Source of the DNA: a virus
Taxonomy: Duplodnaviria; Caudoviricetes
DNA: 64,000 nucleotides
Virus record (IMG/VR): IMGVR_UViG_3300003375_000001
Coordinates: 174,518 to 238,517 of that record
Reading direction: 5' to 3' (one strand)
The translations under genes were made by a program, and so were the position numbers. Below are positions 55,421 through 64,000 of the stretch, piece after piece. The number at the start of each line of letters is the position of its first letter. Position 1 is the stretch's first letter. Below the pieces are notes generated by a model, which was not told where the DNA came from, did no database searches, and saw only the letters and a program-made list of their open reading frames with translations.

Positions 55421-58400
55421 CTAAGTTTTCGTAGCACCGCCTATAACTTGGTGTTTTTCTTCAAGGAACACCTCGTATTCAACAATCTCCGCTCGTCCAG
55501 TTGCTACCAACAGTTCTAGTGGAGTTCCGGTGTTGCGTAAGGCTCTTACGCCTAGATCAGTGCGAGAAGCCGTAAGGTAAGCCATCTTCTTTAGACGGCC
55601 TTCTATTGAAAGACAGAAGGCCTCCAAGTCAGGCCTTCGCTTTGACCTTGATCTAGGCTTAGTGCCAAGAGCCGATCTAGAGTCCTTGGGTTGATGACCA
55701 GGACGTAGACGGCTTATAGTAATACGCGGACGCTTAGGTTGATCAGTCATCGGAATAGTCTACGTTAAGTAGGTCTCCACGTTTAATACTCTCCCTCGTG
55801 GCTAGAGCTGTCCTTGTCAATACTGGAATGTCTTCCCAAGCACGTTCAAAGTCACGCTTTGCTTGACGCAGCCTATTCTGAATGTCTACCAGTTCGTCGC
55901 AATTCTTAGCGTGGTCAAACAGGTCGACGATAGGTAAGGTATTTCTTACCATGTCACGAAACTGGCGATCCGTCAGTTCCGCATTGTCAACATTCACACT
56001 AAGGTGAGAGACGAAACTCAAAGCCGGTATTTTGTCAATGGTCATGGTTAGTCCCAGGTGATAGACTTATACTCAAACACCTTAGTGGTGGGGTTGAGTA
56101 GTAGGAGGGATGGGCCAGAAGACATGTCAAAGCCTTCAGGACTACGGACAATCATAAAGTTTATCCTGCATAGCGCGTTGACTTCATGCGCTTTACGACT
56201 TTTCATTTCCTCTTCTGTAGGCAAGTAAGCCGAGCATGGAGAATTTCCTTCTAGTATCAATCTTGTGTGCTTAACAGCATAATTTATCATGGCAGAGGCC
56301 ATGTCTGAAGGCAAGTCTAGCTTATCCGACTTATCGGTTACCTTATCCCACATAAGAGGCAGCAGCTCAGAAAAAGAGCTTCGGTAAACGTTTAGCATGC
56401 GTTCCCTGTCAGTAAGACTGCTAACACTGTTGTTCAGGTAGTAGGTAGCGTGTAGGCTACAGTTTCCTGTCGCTTCGTCAGTATGGTATGCAGCCTTACT
56501 GAAAATCTCGCGTGCTAGTGTCATAGGGTACCATGACGGAGAGTCTAATACTTTTCCTAGTATCGAGTTGTCCATGTCAGTTCCTTCTCATTCTGGCAAT
56601 GTCCAGTATTTCTTCGTTAGAAAAGACGGGGACTTCGTTAGACTTGTGTAATCCGGCCGTGCCCTTCATGTTAGACCCCGTGTATTGCGTCGAAGTCTTA
56701 ACATACGTTGGTCCCTTAAGAGAATCAAAGTTAGTCTTAACGGGACCACCTTCACAAGGTCTGCTTGAAGGAACATACTGTGCTACCATTTTAGCCGTAG
56801 CTGAAGTAGGTCGCGGCCCACGGCCAAACTTAGGTAGTTTGTCCCAGGCCGCAATCATCTTTCGATAGCTTTCCAAGGCTTCTTGTTCAGCCCTTGTTAG
56901 AGGCTTCTTTTGCTTGCGTCTTTTGGTCATTCATTTGTCCTTCAACTATTGCCTTGTCCCCGTCTATCATCTTTAATACATCTATCTTCACGGCCATGCC
57001 TTCAAGAGACATATCTTCCCAGAGTATGTTGCCTGAGTCAGAAACAAGGACTCTCGTTCTATGACCTGAGGCTAACTCCACGTAAAAGACACGGGCACCC
57101 AAAATCTTACCTAAAGAATTTCGCTTGCGAGCATACCGTGTTAAGTCATCGTCAGGCCACCACTTAGTACCAAGCTCGTTAACAAGACACGGCGTAGTAT
57201 CAAATACACTACTGGTTAGTACGCCAAGCACGTCTTCTATCTTTACTATTTCGTCCATAGGATATCATCCGTTATCAGGACCAAAGGCTCTATAGCCCGC
57301 AGTTTTCAGCCTGGCAATAAACTCGTTAAGCTCTTTCCAGTTTTCAAAATGCTGTCTATATTCTAGGTCGTCAACGTTGGTCAAATGAACGTATGGAGGT
57401 ACAGGCACCCAACTTCCATTTGAATTAGTAGCTGACGGTACAGAATCATCCCAAACTTGATCTAGAACAGATACTTCATGAGGTGTACCACGCATGTCAA
57501 TTCCTTTCGACAAACAAGTTAAGTGGTGGCAGCGGAAACTCGCCGCGTTGAACCAGGCTTTGGGATATCTTGAGATAGAGTTCTTTCACGCCTAGGTAGT
57601 CTGACGGGCGAGAAAAGGATGCAGCAACGAGTTCTACAAAAGTAATCAAGTCCTCACGGCTAAGACGAAGTTCCAAGGTGTGATAGCCACCGTTATTGGG
57701 ATAGCCTATACGTTCTTCCTTGGTAACTAGTTTCTCTAGGAAACCTCCGTACCACATTCGGCCAAGCAAGTGCCCTCCAGCTGTGTGTTCAGGGAGGGAC
57801 ACATCAACCCAAACAAGATTAGACTTTTTCATGAGTCACAGACTTCCGTAGAGTTCTAATAGACGCCAGAAAGGTGAAAGGTCTATATCAGTAGAGTTAA
57901 CATACTTACCAGATGTGTAAGTCCCCATCAAGTGAACTGAACAGTCATCGCAGCGAGGGTAGTACCCGTCTTCGCTACAAGAATCAGGTTCCAGGCCGTA
58001 CAAGGAAAGCATGATAGAAGCATGATCAGGTAAAAACCGGTAATCATGCAAAGCCAAAATATGGGCGTGCAGACTTTCAGGACGGAAGTTAGTCAGGCCT
58101 GTGCCGCCGTAGAAGTCAGCATTAGACGAGGCCTTGTAGTAAGCTTCTATGTATTCAGGAAACTGAAGGGCTATACCCTTACGCAAGTCAAAGGTGTTGA
58201 AGGGTGTGGGTTCGAAAGGTTTGAAAAAGCTCATGCTTGCTCCTTAGTAGCAGTGATGTGGTAAGGGATAAGTATGTCGTCAAGATTGGCAATTTCTTGT
58301 GAGCCATCGTCCATGCGAAGACCAACGACATGCCAAAGGTCAGAAGAGCCTTCATTCCTCACGCCAAAATGTTGAACAACTTCACGTTCTTTGCCTTTGT

Positions 58401-58818
58401 AAGGAACGAACTTCTGGAGAAGCTGGCTACCATACTCAACTTGATAGCCTTCGCCAAGGTCCTCGTCAAGATCAGCGAGAGGCATGCTACCAGAGGGTTG
58501 TGAGAGAAAGGTCAACAGGTAATCACGTACCTTTTTCGCAGCGTCTTCGCTAACGAACTCAATAACGTTATCCCACTTGCGACCTTGTTGGTAGCCTACA
58601 GCTACAGGCTCACCGTCCATGTAGTAAACAGTACGGCCTACCCAGCTGTCCGTACACAGCCAGTGTGACAAGTAGTAAGCCTTTACCCTGGCTTCGAAGT
58701 CTTGACAAGGCACTTCAATATAGCCTAACCATAGAGCCGATGTAAAATCGTCGGGGTCTGCAATGCTGGTGTTTTCTTTTGACTGGTCAACGCGTTGAAT
58801 GAGTTCAGAGAGTTTCAT
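55421..58818 (-). other. Run of small hypothetical CDSs: 55421-55750, 55743-56045, 56048-56575, 56577-56930, 56887-57258, 57265-57513, 57497-57832, 57836-58234, 58231-58818
   Basis: Co-oriented overlapping ORFs; 56577-56930 carries YTG...LHKSNEVPV...DIARMRR, a motif recalled from T4-like phage hypotheticals. Confidence 0.7.
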
Positions 58819-59072
58819 GTTGATATGTCCTGGTTTGCCTCGCCTGGATACTGGCGTTTAAAGGTTGGTGTAGTAACGTAGGCTCTCGCCGTGAGGTCGT
58901 AGCGGACGCCGTCGTTTGTGTTCTTCAAGTATTCCTGCAAGTCTTTACTGGCTTGAGGCATGCTGATACCAAAGTAGTCCATCAACATACTACGGTTGAA
59001 CTTACCGTAGTATGTGAGGAGGCTATCGATGAATCGCAAACGCTGTTCCAGCGCGTAAGAACGAATAGACAT
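58815..59072 (-). CDS. Stand-alone winged-HTH resembling the DNA-binding domain of CapW/WYL regulators
   Basis: QRLRFID...GKFNRSMLMDYFGISMPQASKDLQEY...YD...Y; no WYL domain follows. Confidence 0.75.
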   Translation of the reverse strand: MSIRSYALEQRLRFIDSLLTYYGKFNRSMLMDYFGISMPQASKDLQEYLKNTNDGVRYDLTARAYVTTPTFKRQYPGEANQDIST

Positions 59073-59089
59073 GTAAGGCTATCTCCTGG

Positions 59090-60375
59090 TTAGTTAAACT
59101 TAGCAACAAGAGCCTGCAAACTTTCTTGCGAAGCTACCTTCTTAGGCATGCTGATCGTATTGCCTTTGATCACGGCCTTAAGCTTAGGCTCAGACTTGGA
59201 GTCTGAATCGTTGCTAGCGTGCATGTTTACAGTAACGGGAGGTTGAATCCAAAGATTGAACATACGAATGAACAAAGGCAACCCGTCACGCTTACCTCCG
59301 GCTGCTTCGAGGAAGTCCAAGTGGGAGAAGTCTTGCGTTCGAATCTCGTACCAGCCGTAACCCACAGAAACGATGTCAACGATCTGCAGGAGTTGTCGAC
59401 CTCGTTGTGTTTTCAGGAACTCAGACATCAAGTCCTTGCGGACCTGGAGCTTTAACACAGAGGCTTTTCGCTTCAGGTAGTATCGATGGCGAGCGCCAAA
59501 GAAAGCAATAGTACCAGATGCGTAGGCCTTGAGTGCTGGGGCTTGGTAAGACATTACTTGAACTCCGAAAGATGTGATTGATATTGGAGAGGATGACAAT
59601 CGTCCCGCAGAGACTGATTACTTCTCTACGCCGACCTTGAACGACTGCAAGCTTTTATAGGAGTGCTTACTTATCTCCGTCCTAGTTCTTCCTAGACGTT
59701 GTGAAGTTCCTTGAGTGAAACTTCACGCAGCCCCGCGTCCTTCTCATGACGCAAATACTTCTTGTCGACCCATACCACGGCGGTTTGAGTTTCGAGGTAG
59801 ATATCAACGAGTTCTCCAATCTCCAGCTTTGAATGGAAAGTGAAAGACACGCGGTCTCCAACGCGAAACAATTCCTCCGGGGAAGTGTCTGAGCTAAGGC
59901 TCGTTTCTGCAAGGTGCTTGGCGATTGCCAACCAGCCCTTCTCAGGATCTTCCACGCGTATTGCAATTCCAGGAACAGTCCAGATAGGCTGACCTGAAGG
60001 CGTTACGGCATGAACGATAGAAAAGTGTTGACGGGCTTTCATCGAACCAGTGCCAACGCTCTGACTTACTTCGACACCAAAACGTTCGCCGCCACGTTCC
60101 TTAGAGAACTTGACTTTGACATCGAGGTTACCTCGAAGCTTGACAGTGACTTGACCACGGCCCGAAACCTTATCGGTACCAACCAACTTACCATTAAAGG
60201 CTCGGGCTACGGAAGTAGCCTTGGCCTTGCTCTGAGTGTCACGCATGGTGAACTCCTTTTCAACAGTACTACTAGGACATGGATAGTGGATTAAAGAGCG
60301 GACACACCACCTAGCCTCGTGAGCTAGTTTGCGATGTGTAAAACGACATGCGACTACCCACACATGCGTTTGCAT
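59090..60375 (-). other. Two hypothetical CDSs (59090-59554; 59692-~60244)
   Basis: Co-oriented ORFs downstream of the 60372 promoter. Confidence 0.65.
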
Positions 60376-60480
60376 CTTTATTGTAACACAAAAACCGAGC
60401 TAAATCATTGATTTTGAACGATTTTTCGTCATTTTTGAGTGAAAAACACGATTTTTGACGTGTTTTTGTTACATTTTTGA
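60372..60480 (-). promoter_or_regulatory. Extended -10 promoter with conserved upstream box (copy 2) and phased A-tracts
   Basis: TGT-TACAAT; homologous to 40689-40734; A4-5 tracts at roughly 10-bp spacing across 60411-60480. Confidence 0.65.
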
Positions 60481-60493
60481 CGCCTAGTAGTGT

Positions 60494-61469
60494 CTAAGCT
60501 AGCTCTACGTGATGAGTTTTGATGCATGACGCAGGAGTGCGGGAATATCGAATAGATACACAAGGGTGTTGGACGTAAGCTGTTGCGCCAACGTTCTTAG
60601 CCCATATATCCGCCTGTAGCCTACTAGGAGCTAGGATACGCTGTGTCCTTGTGTCTTTAGTAGAACGCTCACTGGTATAGCCTATGTGATAAGGGTACAC
60701 TCTGTTAAAGATGACTTCGATTGGAAGATCGGCACGAACATAGCAAAAGTCTAGGAATCCAAAGGGCAGTAGGTTGGTCACTGATATCTCTTGAACTTCC
60801 TCAAAGCGTAGACTTATCTGAATTAAGCCTGGCTGTTTTCTAAGCTCAGGATACTTAGTCATGAGGTCTATGGCTTCTTGCAAGTCAAACACCTCGTAAT
60901 GGCGTGTTTGTCGAATCATGGATTTGCACTCCAGTCAGAGCACTTGGTTACCTCAACACGGATGTCGTAGCCGTGTTGACGTGTAAGGTCTTTGGCTAGC
61001 CCTATGTCACCGAGACGGCTAGCGACGTTAACCTTGTAACGCAGGCCTTCATACGTGCAGAACAAAAGGTGTTGTTCTATATAAGGCTTGTATGCCATCT
61101 GCGTAACAGCCGACAAGGTTTTATGGTGCAGGACAAAGCAGGCATACCTAACATTCGCGTCACGGCTCATCACCTGAGTTTCAATCCAGTCAAATATGTG
61201 AAGGGGAGCTTCGTCTTTCGGATTGTCTTTGGTGGAAGACTTACTCACTTGACTTCTCCTTGTGTGTTTGTCTTAAGGGCGTCGGGGTCAATTACAGCCG
61301 ACTCTGGTATCCAGCGGCCTAAGTGTGTTTTGACCATGCAGCCTTGAAGAGGCCCCCATTCAGTAGCCTCGGCCAGGTGTGCCCATTTACGCGAGCAGGT
61401 TTCGGCACAGACCACAGCGTATAGTCCCCAAATAGCGATCAGCACAATTACTTGAGCAATGACTTTCAT
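60494..61469 (-). other. Three small hypothetical CDSs (60494-60919, 60916-61248, 61245-61469 membrane/secreted)
   Basis: 4-nt start/stop overlaps. Confidence 0.7.
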
Positions 61470-61481
61470 TTGATTCTCCAG

Positions 61482-62036
61482 TTAAGGTTTGATGACGTAA
61501 AAGTTTTCACCGGCGTTACCAACGTTCTTGCCGATGAGGTGAATGCAGCTTATCTGGTCTTCTGACAAGTCGCGGTCTAGGTTTGATGGTAATCCCACGT
61601 ATATAGCTCTAGCGCCTTTAGACAAAGCGCTTGCAATAACTTCCGTAGCCCAACCACCGTGATCAGGTCGGCATATAACTGGCCACAAGCTAGAGCACCA
61701 AGGAATACCCTTAGTAACATCTAACATCATGACACAACCAGAAGAATCAGACCTGTGAGCTATGTCACAAGCTGACATACTGAAACCACGTTGAGTAGCT
61801 TCTACTGTTGTAGCTCCGTTACCTGCACCACAGTCTACAAACCGCAAGTCTTTATACATTTGAAGGTAAGACCAGAATGTTTCGTTAGGCACAAAGAATT
61901 GGCCAGGAGGCAGTTCTATGTTTCCAACTAGGGCTTGTCTCATACTGCGTAGTGATAGTAGGTGTTCACCAAGAGTTGTCGTCATAAATATCGCCTTCGT
62001 CTTTATGGTCAATAGCGTAAACTTCGGGGTTGTCAC
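61482..62036 (-). CDS. Small class I SAM-dependent methyltransferase-like protein
   Basis: Motif I FVDCGAGNG, then ACD and MLD; substrate unknown. Confidence 0.6.
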   Translation of the reverse strand: MTTPKFTLLTIKTKAIFMTTTLGEHLLSLRSMRQALVGNIELPPGQFFVPNETFWSYLQMYKDLRFVDCGAGNGATTVEATQRGFSMSACDIAHRSDSSGCVMMLDVTKGIPWCSSLWPVICRPDHGGWATEVIASALSKGARAIYVGLPSNLDRDLSEDQISCIHLIGKNVGNAGENFYVIKP

Positions 62037-63904
62037 TGAAGAGGTAGTCCCAGCACTTGTTAAGCGGTAGGGGACGCATCTGCGTTTCGATAATGGAATC
62101 TGGCTTTAGACTCATTCCTGAGAATATTACGCGCAAGGACTCAGCTTGGGCTGAAGTTATAGGCTTTGGTCCTCGGTCAATGCTAGGATAGCCTGAGATA
62201 CGGCAACCAGCAATTCGAACGGCCGACAGGTCTCCACTGCGTGCAAGTTCGTAGTCCTGAAACAGGCGTGGCCGAACTTCTTCAATGTCATCTGGTATAG
62301 AGAACCTATCAGCTTCAGGCTTCTCAGCTACCCAAGCGTTAAAGTCATCTGGGAATAGCAAAGCTAGTATAAGCCCATGAGTGAATTGCTCTACTAGGCT
62401 ATACACGTTGCCATCAACGTCAACCACATAGCCGTAGTTACTATACTTGACCCAATGTCTTTTGTCCTTATCGGTGAAGGAGCAGACCAAAGACGCTTTT
62501 TCTAAGGTTAACATACTTTCTCCTAGTTAACAATCGCAACGGTAAGAGTGAGGACAGTACGGTGGAGGTACATACGGAGTGAAAGTAGTTAGTGACAAGT
62601 CAACGTAATCCGTATCGTCAGGCTGACATACACTTAGGCAATACTGGTACAAGGTTTTACGTTTAAAGATTACCCTTGAGTAACCCAACGTAGGCGATTC
62701 GATGTCTAAGTGTTCGTAAGGTCCTATTGCCCGCATGGTTGGTTTATAGACACGATCAAGTTCATCCTGATCAAACACTGTAGTGAAAACAAACCTAGAG
62801 TCTATACCGATTGTGTGCAGCTTTGACCTCAGTTCAGCTTCTGGCATGTCCTGCCACTTCCATAAAGAAGGGTCACTCATGACTCTAACTCCAAGTCCTT
62901 AGCTGTTGTCACTTGATCTTCTTTACCCTTGTCTCTTACAGGTCTTAAGTACTTATCTAGAATAGAGTAGAAAAAGAAAGTGTCGTCATATGACGACACT
63001 GCGTACGAAAGGCCGTCTTCTAGTAAAAGAGGAAGCATAAGCAATGGTCGAGTAGCGCCCTTAAACAACCAAGCACTAGGATCTGTGGGATCTATTTCAG
63101 TTACCATAAGCACGGCACCAATGTTGCACTCACACCCAGGCCCTTCACCAATAATGACGCAGGTGTCGCCGGGCTCACAGCGTAAAGCCATAGTGTTCTC
63201 CTTTCTACTACTAAAATGTTTGGTGTTTGTTGCGTAGCACTTCGGCATACCCTGGTTTGTACTTGTATTCTGCCGGGCTAAAGAGTCGAGTACTACCGTC
63301 GATTTCTGCTAGCAGTACCAAACACTCAGTGTCATAGCGGCCTTTCAAAACGTATACCCAAATGTGCCTTTCACCTTGACGTGCCAAATAAGCGTACAAC
63401 ACTGGGCCACTGTCGCCACTGTAAGAATAACGCGACCCAAACAGAGTACTCTCATCTTCGAAGGAACAAGTATCTCCTTCCTTATACAACTGTTCGGGTA
63501 TTGGTCGAGCTTCACAGACAGAGGCATCTGCAAATGAAACAAATTCACTTCGGCAGTGAACACAGCTATAACGGGTTAAGGACTTAGGCATCTTTCTTTC
63601 TCCTGAGAATGAGGACGATTAAAACAAGTATAACGTTACCAATCAAACTGAATTCTAGAAGGTTAATGTGTGTTTGGTTTGGCTGAAAACAAACAGTGGA
63701 ATTGGCGTCCCACTTGGCGGAGGTTGTTGATAAGCAAGAGGGGTCTATTGGTGGGGGTAAGACCGGTGCTTCCGAGCTAGAACCGTTCTTGCCAATTGAA
63801 TGGAAAATGAGACCAGCAGAATTCATGGCACTTCCTGTTGCCACGCCGTAATAAGCACCTTGATTAAAGCCGTTAGACATTAGACTTCCTTCGTGCAATG
63901 GCAA
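61966..63904 (-). other. Run of small hypothetical CDSs: 61966-62514, 62527-62880, 62877-63248, 63211-63591, 63584-63904 (C-terminal TM)
   Basis: Co-oriented overlapping ORFs. Confidence 0.68.
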
Positions 63905-64000
63905 CGTGATCTTCAGTGTATTGAACGGCGCTGGCCTTGTTGGTAAGAATTAGCCAGCAGTAATAAAGGCGGCGCGTCCATGGCAAGCCGTAGCCGTTCC

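Noticed and set aside
1-64000. CRISPR array, integrase, IS elements or stop-codon recoding
   Set aside because: No regularly spaced repeat-spacer array or transposase/integrase motifs seen; conserved genes read intact in the standard code.

Overview
A 64-kb segment of a large lytic tailed-phage genome (jumbo-type). Genes are almost all on the minus strand and read in the standard code; no CRISPR array, integrase or host housekeeping genes were seen. 1-23 kb: family A DNA polymerase with an N-terminal UDG-like domain, an intein-containing SNF2 helicase, and probable head/neck and internal-head proteins. 23-33 kb: RuvC-like resolvase, a divergent sigma-factor-like protein, an HNH protein, a histone-like protein, type IIA topoisomerase subunit A, an atypical tRNA-Phe and an AAA ATPase. 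33-64 kb: small accessory ORFs, a tRNA cluster and a fractured topoisomerase subunit B locus. Main discoveries: (1) subunit B carries a full HNH intein plus a naturally split intein whose halves flank an inverted PD-(D/E)xK endonuclease gene, and it is followed by a translationally coupled stand-alone Hint-fold protein that has lost all catalytic residues; (2) a canonical hammerhead ribozyme whose cut would release a ~200-nt rod-like RNA in the tRNA cluster; (3) a 7-nt-periodic repeat RNA behind a CCA-less tRNA and a coiled-coil gene; (4) an orientation-specific intergenic 8-mer, ACTGTTAA, a candidate promoter for the phage sigma factor; (5) H-type pseudoknots in the leaders of two Lys/Ala-rich protein genes; (6) a stand-alone CapW-like wHTH. 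All calls and RNA pairings were made by eye; no database searches or folding programs were run. Resemblance to Lu11/PaBG/phiRSL1-type jumbo phages is an impression only.
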